Assembly: GCA_976226885.1 (NCBI GenBank)
Contig: OZ320317.1
Span: 24,800,001 to 24,864,000, forward strand
Direction: 5' to 3'
DNA from: Iphione sp. A-MEVVRFRX5
Lineage: Eukaryota
DNA: 64,000 bases
Position 1 is the stretch's first letter, and every line of letters starts with the position of its first letter. Shown here in pieces: positions 1 to 13,600 of this stretch. The position numbers and the translations under genes were made by a program. The notes under the pieces are model-generated. The model made no database searches, was not told where the DNA came from, and saw nothing but the letters and a program-made list of their open reading frames with translations.

Positions 1-422
1 CAGTTGCAGCTAGAGCATTGTTTTCTTTGAGAAAAAAAATCAACCTTATTCGTGCCAACCAGTGTTGAAATGTACATTACTTCAGCCGATCGAGCCTAGC
101 ATACGTGTCACATAAAATCACAATAGGTTGAAGATATCCGACTAGATACCCTCCCAATGATCGTTCCGTACCAATGCATATCTTATGAAACTGATGAGAT
201 CATTGTAATTTGTGTTTTTGCTCAAAGTCATAGACAAATTTGAGAGACCCAGATGGTCAACACTTTTCTTTCAATTCATGCTAGACTTTCCGGTTAACAA
301 AAGATGGGGTCGGTTAGAATAATTCCAAAATGATTGACCTAAAGATCAGTGTCCTAAGAATGTAAGCTCATACGTTGTAATAGGACACATGCAAATAATA
401 AATTTGTTTTTTTATATTACAG

Positions 423-603
423 GAGTGGGCTCGGCACACCGGTAAATACAGGGAGGGCTTGGATAAGCTCGAGTGGGCCAAATGGAAGACCCGGCTTCGG
501 TGCGCCTTCAACAAAGCCCCAGATATAGAAGAGTTAAAAGATCAGTCAGAGCTGGATGGACCAAACCCCTTCAAAGTGTACATGTTCAAACCGAAGGACA
601 ACC
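423..603 (+). CDS. IRF: IRF-A exon: C-terminal half of the IRF DNA-binding domain
   Basis: AG at 421-422, donor gtaagt at 604; translation contains GKY, WKTRLRCAFNK and PFKVY motifs diagnostic of IRF DBDs. Confidence 0.95.
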
Positions 604-3600
604 GTAAGTATGAAAGCAAATGCAATTCTGACCAGTAGTTCACAGACAACACCTCTCTGTTATGTAGCCCCATAACGCCCACTCGGATTCTATGCCAAAA
701 AAAGGGGGGGTGCTACTGTTTTAATTTTGGTCATCTCTCTCAGTCATTTTCTAGCATTATTTCGTACTCTAAAGCACTGAATCTATCAGAATATGAGCGT
801 AGGGGAGCCCAACTATGGGTCAAGATCGTACTCAAGCAGCAAATCAGTTTCAAGTACGCTTATTCCATTCAAGTTAGGTTATCTGCACCGTGCATGGACT
901 ATTGAAAAATGTTTAAAGATTTCATGCTATTTTTATATTAAAGTTTGTTAAGTTACCGGTCGAGGGAGCCACGTATATTTCAACTGACAAAGAAATGTTT
1001 ATCGTCTGTGTGCCATAAAGCACAAATATTTATCCTTTTTTCGGTATATGTAATGTTCTTCCCTTCTTTACAACTTGTACAGATTTCTTTATCACCATGG
1101 AAAATAGAACAATGATTTTGCTCCTGATCATTTTGACTAGCCTGTTGATTTCTTATTTATCACTTTTTCCCAGAACCCAAGAAAGAGGAAAAAAAGACGA
1201 ATAAAGTCGTCAAAGAAAAAGAGGAGACAAAAATGGTGAGCATATCAAGATAAAACTTGCATTCTGTCTTTTTATGCATCTTTTTAACTGTGTAAAATTC
1301 CAACTTTCACCTCAATATGAATGTATGTTTTTATCCGATTTCATATGTCCTTGTTAACATACACTGTATCTAACTTGTACAGTACTTAGCAACTTACCTT
1401 GTGGGCAACTCAACTAGGAGGGGAATTCAGGATTAAGAGCAAGTTTGGTTGGTCCCCATGGTTTATTTTATATGATATGATTAATTCAGGTAAGAGGGAA
1501 ACCTGCATTTAAGGGCATCTTTGTCTGGTCCCATTAATGGTCTTGATTCTGAGTTGCTCATATAAGTAAATTCATAAATTCTTCCTCTTAGTCCCAAGAG
1601 TAAGTGAGGCTGGTCTACATAGCTTGAATTGGCAGCGCAGATGATTTTTTTCACGATCACCTTTACATACTTTACCAAGAGTAGGATGCCTCCTACCATG
1701 GCCAACCCGCACCAGCTACAGTCAGCTGTGAAGAGTCCGGAGACAGCCATTGAGTTGACGTCAAGCAAAGTAGCAGCTAGCTTGTCGAGCAGTCTCTTTT
1801 GAGAGTGGCTTGAGGGTCAAGTAGTCTCGAAGTTGTTTGAGGATGAATTGTCATAGAGTTTTCCGAAGATCAGGTCGTCTCAAAATGTGTCTGTGGCATG
1901 AATCGTCACAAAAGTTGTCATCGAGCTGCTCGAGGGTTAAGTTGTGCCAAAGTTGTCTCAGGACGAGTTTTCTCAATTCCTCTAAGGAGTGAATCATCTG
2001 AAAGTTGTCTGAAGGATCAGTTATCCGAGGGACAAGTGATCTCAAAGTTGTTTTAGGGAGGTATCATCCCAACTTTGTGAGTTGTCTCAAACCTGCATTC
2101 CTCCATGGTAAAGGTGTTTGGTGACTCGGGTCATCAGTAGTCAGGTAGATGTTTGAGTGCTATATGCTTGGGTCAGAGGTCACAGATGTCAGGCCTTCAG
2201 TGCCATGGCTCGGTTGTTGCTGGTTAAACACGAGGCCCCTCATGTCTTAATGGTCAGTAGTCATATATGACATGAGCCCTGTTATGGCATGATTCGGTTG
2301 TCGGAAGTCAAATGGAATGGTTTTAGTGCCCAGTAGTCAGAGAGATGCAAGTCACCTAGGCTCACTGATCAGTAACAAGTTGGTTATGAGGCTCCCTATA
2401 TCAGGGCTTAGTGGTCAGTAGTCTCGTTTACATGAGGCCCCCTGTGTCATGGCTGTCAGTTGTCAGTAGTCAGATAGACGTATGGCCCCCCGCCTCTATC
2501 ATGGCCCAATTTTCAGTACTCAGATGGACACGAGAACCCTTCATGGTGGTTCAGTGATGAGTAGTTGAGAGACCTGAAACCTCTGATTTCATGGCCCATT
2601 GGCCAGTAATTAGGTATATATTAAGCCACTATGTTTCCATAGTCAAATGGGTACGCAACCCTAGGTGTCTTCAGTCAGTGGCCAGTAGTGAGGTTAATAT
2701 CTGTGTCCCACTTCCAACAGCCCATGTTAAATGTACTTTGATATTCTTCCGACTCATGCTCACTTGTGTTTGCCCTCATGACAAGTGTTATCAAACTGAT
2801 GGTTGTTGTCTCTGCTGTCTTCAGACATATCAGGAGCCTTTCCTGCCTAATGTGCTGGATGAGTTCAACTTATCAAACAAAAGTAAGCTCCAGTTTACTA
2901 CCTTGTGTCACTTTGGCAGTCAGTTCTTGTTTATTACTAGAATCCCACAATGTGGGTCAGATGATGTCCACATTTGAATTTGTCATTTAAGTGTTATTTG
3001 TATTCTGTAAAATACAAGAAGGTATACTGTATAAATAATAATGACAATAATGATAATAATAATTTAGAATAATAATAATAAACACTATCAGTATCATGGA
3101 CAGTACTAAAAGCAAATGGCAAATGTGTGTTTTGAGTAGGGAGCATTCAGATCCTGCTATCCTGTGTATGAAGTGAGTAAAATGTGTTCCAGGGAGAGGG
3201 ACAGTCTTTTTGATGGCTCAGTCGGCCCCTTGCCTCATTATGTCACTGTTGGCTGTTCCTGGTGGGTCTGGTGAGCGAGTGAAAGGGATGGGCGGCCTTA
3301 GGCAGCAAAGGAGGACATCTGAAAGCCGTAGCAGCAAGGGTGGCTGTCTGAAGCTGAAGGCAGTGAGGGTGGGTGGGGGTATCATGGCCATAGGCAGTGA
3401 GAGAGGGGGAAGTGACAGTTGTAGTGAGGGAGGGAGTGCCTGTAATGAGTGAGGTAGGGTGAATGATACTCGTAGTGAGCGAGGAAAATGTGTCTGACAG
3501 CTGTACTGAGTGAGAGAGGGAAGGAAGGTGCCTGTTAGGCTGCAGTAAACATGGGAGGTTGCCAGCTGGCCATGGGCAGTGAGGGAGGGTGTCTGATGGC

Positions 3601-6600
3601 TGTAGGAGTGTAGGGGCCCAAATCTCCACATTGCAGCTTACAGCTGCGTCTCCCCCTAGCATACAGCTAAAATGTACTTTATATATATATATATATATAT
3701 ATATAATCCGTTATATCGAACAGGAAGCATTCAAATAACTAAAGGGGAGGATACAAATGATACTCCCCGTTATTGCAATACATGTAGTTGGGATTTGCGG
3801 TACTTCTCCGCGTATAGAGTAGAATGGATATACGAGGTTAGACCCTAAATTGTATTTAACCTTTGTCTTGATTTTTGGTGTTGTCAACACTGTATTACTG
3901 TATTACTGACTGGTCAATCTCTGTAACTTGTCAGTGAATAATCAGTGTTTAAAACAGGTCATTGTTTAAACTGACTGATCAGATTTTACCAGTGGAGCCT
4001 GGAGGTCAGATCATGTTCAAAGTGGTGAGGTTATAAGCCACTGAATGAAATGAGAATTTAATAGGTTGGAGGTCCTGTGGTGTTTCTGAGTTGTTCCTAA
4101 GCTGCCACATGCTAGCACCTGAGAACTCAAGATAAGAATCAGATAAGGGGAAGAGCACCAGGGCCACCTATCTTCCTCCTCCCGGCAGGACAGCAGGCTG
4201 CTCAGATGGAGGGGGCTTATGAGAGGAGAGTGCTGGGGCTATCGCCCTTCCTCCCACTGGATGACTGGCTGCTAGGAGGATGAGGATTTGTGAGGGAGAG
4301 TGCGCTGGGGCTTCCTGTCCATCTTGCCGCTGGACAGTGTGCCACTAGGAAGGAGGGGGCCCATGGGGGGAGAGCCTGGTGCCAACACCTCTACACCTCC
4401 AGGCTTGATAGCATGCCACTAGGAGGAAGGAGGCCCATGGGGGGAGAGCCTTTGCCGAGGGTTCATCAGTCAAGATGTTGGTCCGTGTGTCACTATGTAA
4501 AGCAAATGCCAATATTAGAGAAACAACAAATCGAACATTAAAAATTCAGCTTGGATAATTCTTTTCTGTTATTCATAATCAAATGAGTACAACTACCCGA
4601 TCCAACGACCAGTTCCAATGAGAACTTCTTCCCTTTCCTCCTATTACTGATTTTTGCTGTCCTGTGCTCGGTATTATTAATGGTCTTTGTTTAAGAATTT
4701 TCATACGGTACCTACATCAACTGTAAACACTATTGTTGTAGGCGTGGGTGAAAGTATACGTTATATGTGGTGGTAAAATGTCATGGATTTGATCGATTCT
4801 CACATCGATTTGAAAATTCTTCTACAGAATGCAGCAGACATGGCGGACATTTTACAATCTCTACCAAATTCTGAAACGTCAGTGCAGGGCGGTGGGTCAA
4901 ATTGTGTTTCGACCAGTGGTGAAGTCATTGTATGCACGTGTTACCTTTTTATGGGTGGTCAACTTGCCAGCATGTGCAGCTTTCCATCCATTTTCAGTCA
5001 AGATTGCCATCATCAGTATGTATGTATGTATACGTGTGTGATCTTTTGATAGGCGGTGAACTTCCCAGCATGTCCAGCCTGCCATCCGATCTTAAGAGCA
5101 TCCCAAGTCTCGACCTTGTACGTGGATCCACAGAAGAGGTGGCCATCGAGTCAACCGACTCCTTGTCCAGTCTGAAATTTGAGGCCATGGAGACCGACCA
5201 GATGCAAACAGGTGAGGACCTGACCACATGTTAGGGTGTGGCCGTCGTGGGGATGGCATGGAAGTGGAGTGAGAATCAAAGCTCGACGAGACAGGCTAAT
5301 TGAACATCACAGTACAATCAACGTCTATTAACTGGATGGTTTTTTTAGTTGCCGAAATTATTGCCTGGTTGTCCAGTTGTTGTCTTTATCTCTTTATTTA
5401 TATATATATTTCTTTTCTTTTTGTTCTAAAATCTGTCCAGTTGAAAAGGGGGGTGGGGGTTAATGAGGCCCGACTGCATTCACCAGTTTTCTTTTCACCC
5501 TTTACACTGCTGTATTGGAGGAGGGATGTTGTGAGGGGAGGAACGGGTACAGCAGGGGGAAAGGGATACTGAGAGGGATAGGCGTAGGATAGCCAAATTA
5601 GCGAGTACTCACACGTAGTTATCACTGAAGTCTTCTCGTGAAAAGCGCCAAGTAATCCAGTAACAAGCCGCAAGACCTCCAGAATGACAGGGATGTCAGC
5701 CTTCAACCTTTTCTGTTCGATTTGGTTTGATTTTGGCCCGACGTTTACATCATTTTCCTCTGTTGAAAGGTCATTCCCCCTCCAGTGGGTGACTAGAAGT
5801 ACTTAAGTCAGTGTAGGATAAAGGAAAGTCCTTAAGTGAGGACTCAAACGGAATATACCTTAGTGAGACACATGAAGATGGAAAAATACTCTGAAGGGTT
5901 GGAGCACACCAAGTCAAATTTTCAAAGTATCCGGTCAGCAGGCAGCTGTAGTGGTCCTTCTCAGTTGGGGGCCCCTCTCCCCCATATCCGTGTAGGGCTC
6001 AGTTGGGATGTGGGTGAGGGGGGCATAGCAGTCTGACTTGGCCGTGCCCCCTCCCTCGTAGTGGTGTGGTATTTCAGTCCGCAGGGTAATGGGTGGCCAT
6101 AGAGTTCCTTCTGAGCCTGGTCCCTTTCCCCTCCCTGTTAAGTGGAGTGTCTTTGGATTTGTATACCGTATGTGTATGTTTATGTGTGTTCTATGGACAT
6201 CATTAATTTTGTATATTATTTGCATAAAAACACACGCTTGCAGGCTTTACTGTCAGCAGCAGCCCACGGACAAACTCAAGCAGGTACCACAGATTTATAA
6301 AGTGAGACATCACAATCCCACCTATTTCAGGAGCCCCCCACTCCATTCTATCCAAGAAAGCAACTTACAAGACAGGATATGAAAATTAATAAAGATAATA
6401 TTGAGATCACGGTTAGGTAGTTCAAGACAATTGACTTCAGAAAACCAATGAATATATTTATTTGGCCCTGTCGGGTTTGCCGTTATGTCTGCTTTTAAAG
6501 GCACTGCAGGAGGCCTTCAGAATTTATCCTTCTCATTCTCTTAATCGGACCCTATTTAGATTTCCACAAGATTTCTGCTTTATCAACCCACTCCGCAGTA

Positions 6601-9600
6601 CAAGCCTTAAGAGTCTTATTGCAAGCAGTACGACTAGCCCGTTCAAACTGCCCTTTCACAGCATTCAACTAGAAAGATCCACCCTGCTACAAGCATTGGG
6701 TGCTTCTGAGCAAGAATTAACAGCTAAAGGCACCTGGGTGACTACTTCATCATTAACCTATACAGGTTACAGTCCAAGGTCTTGTAGGACAGCGAAGTGT
6801 TTTTTTTTCAAATCTCTAAACCCTTCAAGTTGGGCTGTGGCTATATGATGATTAGCATTGTTAATAATTAGCCTGTTAATTTCACTAATATTTCTGCTGC
6901 TAGTCTCCCCACACTGTATTCCTCCAGCTCCGGCTGAAAACCAGCCATTAGGCTGATGCTGGTCTGCTGTTTTAAAGAAATAAAAAAAATTAGCACATCA
7001 CATGTTAGACTCTCCAGTTATCTTTATGCATTGGTAGGCGGGGTCCCCGAGTTGATCGTCTGAAGTACGATAATATAGAATTACGGGCATTTAAAATCTT
7101 GTCTCTGGGGTAATAAGTCAATATTGCTCTTAACTGTGAGTTACCTTGCCACCTGAGTTGGTAATATTATAGAAAATAAACCATTAAGGCCATCCAACCT
7201 TGTAATTAATTCCGAGTTGCACTTCTAATCGCGTAGGCTATAAGGTGGATTTATAGATTGGTTCCATTCAGAGTGGAACTTGGATATTAGGGCATTGGCT
7301 GAGTGAACGTTAGTGTACATTATTTGGTTGATGATAACTCCATGGACTTCCTATTATTTTAAATTATTGTTTCCAGATTTCTCTTCTGTGATTTCTTGCA
7401 GAAACTGTCATAACAGACCCAGGGACCTATCCCACCCCGAGAACCCGAGGAATACCTGGGCTGTCCCCATCCTCATCACCCCTCCACGGTGCCACTGCCA
7501 TCACTCATGTGCTCTTCGACCAGGAAGCTGCATACAGAGAGGAGGCCCGAGGATTCGCGGTCTCCCCATCACACTCGGAGTCCTCCAGCTCCTCCCAACA
7601 GACAGCCTCCACGGTGGCAGATGGCTTCTTGCCGTATGCCAATATGGGGTCACCTCTACAGAATGCCACCATAGGTGCCCCACAAGTCACGCCAGGGGAG
7701 CCGGCTTACACTGCCAATCTAGGGGAGGCTGACGGAGAGAGCATCGAGCTTCTACCGATGCCCCTCGGTGGCACCGTGGAAGTGCACGAACTGCCCTCTC
7801 ATGTGGTGATGAGACCAGGGACCATCACCCTCAGGCTCGTGCAGGACGGTGACACCGAGTCTCCACATGTACTCATTAATGACGAGGATATGGACATCTC
7901 CGAAGACCGAGCCACCATCCGTTAGTTCTTACCTTCATTCTTTCATTTACATGTACACCCTAGACGAGTGTAGGAGACCAAGCTTGGGCCAGGCCAGTTT
8001 TTTGTCTCTCCCACAGTTCTGCCTCATTAGACAACATATATAGTGTGTAGAATGAGTGATTCGTTGGTAGAAATCTTGGCCCATGTTCAAGTTTGGTCTC
8101 TCCCGTGATCTGGTCTCTACTGTAATTCTTCATCTGTGGTTTTCGATCATGTACGGTCAGACCCTTCTACTTCAAAGACTCCCAACTTCAAACTACGCAC
8201 TACTTTGAACACATCAAGTCACATTACTTTTACTATTTCCATTGTATAATGACTCAGTACTTCCGACGATTCAATTGGTGGTACAAAACGTTGGCATGCT
8301 TAGATATGGGAAGCAGAGGGGTCTTACTGTGCATGTATTGCCTGCAGAGCGAGGAGAACAGGCAAAATGATAAGCCCCAGTTTCCATGTACACATATTTC
8401 CTGCTGTATATTTGCTGTCACAGAATCCATATTCACTATATTCCATGTATTGGGACACCCCAAAACATGTTACATGGTTTAGAAATTCTATGATGTGACT
8501 TCGGAAAATGTGCTCTTAATGGAAATTGAGTCCATGTACATTACACTACATTTGGTCATTTTTGCATCCCGTACGTTTTACCCTCAATGTAGCTAGGTAT
8601 TTCCTCAACTGCTTGATTTGATTACTCGAATGAGGCCTGCTTTAACGTATACATATGTATTTAGCCGAGCAATTTCCAAACATGATTGTTGCTATCCTTC
8701 AAAGGGTCGTTCTTTACAATCTGTGTATGTAATTTTAAAGGGCTAAAACTCTCCTTCAGAGGAGGTACAAAATCCCTACAAGTTCCAGTCTGCTTGTATA
8801 CGTAGTCAAGCAAAAGATAGAGCTTTATCTGATGATGACGACAGATAATAACATAGTTGGAACAAGCTCTTGGGAATTATTTCATATGTATACGATTGAC
8901 ATTGCGTAGGCTTTCTCCTAGAAATTAGTAGAATTTCCACCAGATGGAAAGGGCCTATTGTGTTTGTATACATGTACATTAAAAGCTAACTTCGAGGGTC
9001 ATATGAGCAGGCTCATGTAGTGCAATTCCAGCCCAAGAGATGGCACCACCCGCAGTCTACATGACCCTGCCGTGAGCTTTTCGCAAAGGTTGAAATATGA
9101 CAGCTATAATACTGGCCTGGTTCTTGTGGGTTCCTTTCATCTAAGGGGACTTGTCCACGTTGCCTGCAGTTGTCTAGAAATGAGCAGTACATCCCGTTTT
9201 CTTGGTCGAGTTGGGTCGCAACGACACCCCGCTCCGTTTGTGGAACTCCCGTACTTGGAACGTCAATAACACAGATGTAACTGATTTTGAAATGCTTTAT
9301 ATCTCAGCACCTGTTGTGTCACTATCATGGCTTCCTAAGTCCCGAAAACACTACACGTTCCCCTTTTGTAACTTTTGTAGAGAACCGATTGAATGTGCGC
9401 GTGTATTATATGCAAAACGTCGTGCTGGAAGAGTGGACATGGAATGCGCAAGGTTTCCGTTTATATTACGGTTCGGACGCCGACATCCGCTTAATGAGCA
9501 ACACCGAGCAGGCAAGACAGGTGAAACTGATTAAATGATTTGTAATGTTTTTATTCAGGATGATAATTTATTCTTGTAATAATTTGTATTTTCTCATTAG

Positions 9601-12600
9601 ATGTCAGGAGGAAAACAGCAGGGGTACCTTTGTAAGGCTAAGTATTTTGGTACTACTTCTGTATGCAAAGATTATCTTATTTGGGTTTTTTTCTGCTTTT
9701 ATTTTTTGGACAATTAGTCAACTCAACCATCGTTTGTCTAATGACCGAGGATACGTCCCATTGCCACATTGTATGTTTATGTCTAGTGAAAAAGACTAAT
9801 AGCCAACATACCTTTTTTATGTAAAGGGTTTCTGGCTAGAAGTTTTTTTTGTATTGTATGTTTATGTATATCACATCAATCACATAGAAACAGTTGAAGG
9901 AAAAGTATTTTCCTTCATTCCAATACTAGCTTTAGTTTGAGACCTTGGTAAGATCGTGCTTGTCCAAAGCCTTTGTGGAAATAGTATTCAAATGCTGATA
10001 AAGAAAACGTTGTGTGTAGTATATTTCATTCGGATAGAACCGATTTGTTGAGCAGGAAAGAATAATAAATTCGGACTCAACATGCTTATCAGTTCGAATT
10101 GTTCTCCTCTGTACCATCAAATGTCATCATGCAGACACCCCACGGTCCTGACTCTAATTAACCTGGCTAAAGTAGTTGTCTAACTTCTTGTTTTGTAGAA
10201 GCTTGGGCCTGCCGATGCCCACCAGCTGCACTTGCCACCATGCAACGGACTTGTTGGTGCACCTGAGCATGAGGAGTATACTAAGATACTTCTCGAAAAC
10301 TTAATGCGAGGAATTTATATTGAATGTGAGGAAGGCAACATCTATGCGACTCGGCTTTGCAGGTACATGCGGTAGTTGACCTTGACATTTAGAAACTCTA
10401 GATGCATTAAGCATCAAAATGAATACATAACGTCGGTGTACTCAAACCTTTTCATCCAGAAACTCAGAATATAAATCTATTCCGTATTTTTAGATGACTT
10501 CTCAAGATTTTAGGGGTGATAATGTAAAACGACAGTTTGATAAATTTGTTCTTATCTAGTCAGATCAGGAACCTGCGTGTAGTTTTTTGTTCACCTTGTC
10601 AAGAACTCGTATTTTAACTAGTGCCCCATCATACAAGTCATAAACCATAAATGTTAGGTATATTCATGTCCGTTATTCAAGTAATGAATAGCGTATGCAT
10701 CTAGCGTGTGTGATTCTAAGAAAAGTCTCCTGTTAAAATTTCATCATCATCTCCTCAGGTGCGTAGTGTACTACTGCAGCTCCAGTCAGCAAAATGGGAT
10801 CAAGCTGAACCGGTCCATGAGGACCAAGATTTTTGACATGGCGGGCTTCGTTCGCGCCTACCAGACGTATAAGAGAGGCCAGGGCAGTAAGCCCAGTCCA
10901 GAGGTGGCGCTCGGCTTCGGCAACCCCATCAGCTACGTCCCAGTGAAGGAGAAACTGCTCATCTCAGCCTACGTCCTCAGTATGCAGGCACACAAGCTGC
11001 TATCCGAGGTGCGCTAAGTTTTCTGTTATTGCTATTGTTGTTGTTGTTGTTGCTGTCGTTGTTGTCTTTGGTTCGACAGGTTTTCATTAGCCCAGTCGAC
11101 TTTCATTGACACAGCATGGCCGAGGGGTCCCATGAAGTATAGAACTATAAAAATTGGAACAATAATTTTAAAAAGAAGTATAGATTTTCCTGGCTCAAAA
11201 AGGAACAAATAAGAACATCAAGAGACTTAACTAAAAGCAGCCCTCTTCAGTGGTAATGGTGTAATGCTAACAGTAACGGTATCGCTATTGCTGTTCATGA
11301 GATTTCTACTATGCAATTGTATAGGGTTTCCCTCGCTTGATATTTCTATTAGGGATAACAATTTCAGTAGTAAAACACTTGTCTAATGCAGCTTAAACTT
11401 AGCTTAATACTTAGATATGTACCATTCGAGCGAATCTGTAATAATAGTAGATTTCAGCAGCTATGGCCTGTAATATGATGTATCTTTATCTAGTGTAACT
11501 ATTTTGTAATGCTTTTTAAACTAGGATTACACTGCTATGACCTTTAGTCTGATTTACCTTTGTAAACTGGGAATTTAACCAAAGTAAACTTAGATGAAAG
11601 GTATTGTAATTTTTACAGACTATTCCTAGATCTTCTATAGAATAAGAGTATTAAAAACCAAGCAACCATATTCTTGGCAGACCATAGTTTAGACATGGTC
11701 AGAATTACGGACTCTTTACAGAGGAACGAATTTTGTTATACCCGGTAATAATGGTTGGTCACAATACGAACACAACCTGAATTAAGAGTTTCATTCAGAA
11801 CCTTATGGTGTATTGTAGCGTTCAACTACGTGCTGAACATATTTATAATTGAATATATATATATATATGACAGACTCAGTAATCCTTAAGGAATCGGTCA
11901 TTTGAAAGCAAATTTCTTAACTGTTGGAGACGAACGTGTTTGTCATGAATGCTGGAATGTCGTAAAAACCAACTAAATATATAGCTCACATCTACATTAA
12001 CTTTATGGCAGGACTTACATGGATTTTAACAATGTTTAACAGAGCCCTGTTCCATAAAGAAACATGTTTCATTAATATAAAAAGTTTACACGGTGTTTAC
12101 TATTGATGTCATTTGGAATTTTCATTACAATATATTCATAATCATATTCTAGACATACAGCTATAATGTTTTAAAGGAAAGGTGTTTCAAAGATATGTAC
12201 ATAACGATTTTTTAAAAAAAGAAACATGTATACAGAATACTTTCTACTATACAGCCGACCCTCATTGGTTTGAACATACAGACATGAAATTCTATTGTGA
12301 GAGTAGCCAAAGTAAGGTTATGGCACTAGATGCTATACACAATATGAATTCTATAGATAAGTTCTAATGTTGTGTGATTTTGACGGATTTTTTAAAAGGG
12401 ACGGGTACTTGAAGGCCTAGCGGCATGAAAGTATGGGACGAGGTCAACTGTATAGGAAAAAAGAAATTGTTAATGCTTGAGAGTAAAAATAAGTTTGCTT
12501 GATATAAATAAATACTTGTAAAACAATCATTTTATGAGACATTTTGTCTTCTTTGTGCTCTATCACCAGAATGCAGTTGTCTGCCAGGACATTAACTTGG

Positions 12601-12683
12601 AAGAGAGTATGCAGCTGTCAGATGCCGATGACTATGATGACCAGGTGACCAATTTTGGTCTGTCTGCCACTGTCCAAATGTAG
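423..12683 (+). CDS. IRF: Interferon regulatory factor A (IRF4/8-like DNA-binding domain plus C-terminal IAD/SMAD-FHA domain); 5'-partial, 9 coding exons in window, ~550 aa visible
   Basis: Exons 423-603 (EWARHTGKYREGLDKLEWAKWKTRLRCAFNKAPDIEELKDQSELDGPNPFKVYMF, second half of IRF DBD), 1174-1235, 4828-4891, 5053-5211, 7402-7920 (S/P/E-rich linker), 9381-9520 (NRLNVRVYYMQNVVLEEWTWNAQGFRLYYG, IAD start), 10199-10362 (LLENLMRGIYIECEEGNIYATRLCR), 10759-11008 (CVVYYC...TKIFD...VALGFG...AHKLLSE), 12570-12683 (acidic tail, TAG). All introns are GT-AG and splice phases chain without a break (1653 nt). The first DBD exon lies upstream of the window. Confidence 0.9.
1770..2720. repeat. Old degenerate minisatellites in an IRF-A intron
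   Basis: ~20-nt aagttgtc(t)ca-type units at 1770-2100, then ~45-50-nt units with core ggtcagtagtcag...gaggccc to ~2720. Confidence 0.55.
9381..11008 (+). CDS. IRF: IRF-A exons encoding the IRF-association domain (9381-9520, 10199-10362, 10759-11008)
   Basis: Motifs V.YY..., GFRLYYG, RGIYI...G.IYA.RLCR.VVY, TKIFD and LGFG match the IAD1 pattern of IRF3-9; splice phases 1/0/2/0 are consistent. Confidence 0.88.
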
Positions 12684-13600
12684 GCCCCCAGTGCCTCTGA
12701 ATATGCCAGTAAAGACAACCCTTGGAGCATCAGGGGACCACACCTCATGCCAATTGCTCTAGAACCAGAATAGTAAATCTCTACCAGGAGACTTAACTTC
12801 AAAAAGAGCGAGCAGCTTTTATTACGCTGAGGAATAGAATGACTGACTGTCCACTTTGGGTTTCAGTGCCACTGTCCAAAAAGTATGTCCCAATGCATTT
12901 AAATATTGTATCGAAGACAAACTTTGGAGCATTGATGGACTGTGCCTGGTAACAGTTGCTCTAAAACCGGAGTGTAATTCCCTCAGAGGAGCCCGACCTC
13001 AAGGAAAGCGAGCAGCTCTCAGATACCAATGTACATGTGTATGATGATGAACTGACAATTTTATATCTTAGGTCCACTTTACAAAAGTGCAAGTAAATAT
13101 ACCCTTAACTACAAACCTTGGAGCATCAGCGGACGCCGCTTAGTAATGATTGCTCTACAACCAGAATGTCATTCTTCACCAGAAGACTTAACTTCAGAGA
13201 GAGTGTGCAGCTGCCGGATACCAGTGAACACATGGAGTAACTGACCACTTTGGGTGTTAGTGCTACTGTCCAAGGATAGATCCCAAAACAGGTGATTATA
13301 TCAGTAAAGCCTGAGCGCATAGATGGACCACGAGTGGAACCCCCCCCCCCCCGCTCGAGAACTGGAATGGAATTCTCTGCTAGAGACTTAACATCAGGAG
13401 CATCTGCAGCTCTCTGATGCCCATGAATGTGATGAACTGAACTACTATTGGTCTTACGCCACTGTCCAAATGTAGACCCCCAGTATATGTGAAAACGCCA
13501 TTGAAGGCAAAACCTTGGAGTATTTATGGGCCATGCTTAAGTAGCAGCTGAGGGTCAAGCCTCCACCAGTCTTACGCACTCTGGAAGAAACGTTCAGATG
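12570..13600 (+). repeat. ~200-bp degenerate tandem repeat (5 units) derived from the IRF-A last exon and proximal 3' UTR
   Basis: Anchors gccactgtccaaa-like at ~12666, 12868, 13075, 13261, 13458 and ccttggagcat-like at ~12720, 12922, 13116, 13513. Confidence 0.8.

Noticed and set aside
3210-3662. Overlapping G/S- and P/L/T-rich ORFs on both strands
   Set aside because: Purine-skewed low-complexity repeat (cagtgagggagg units) in an IRF-A intron; no domain signal.
12570-12683. Possible pLxIS phospho-motif in the IRF-A tail (LEESMQLSD)
   Set aside because: Position is right but the sequence does not match pLxIS; resemblance is too loose.
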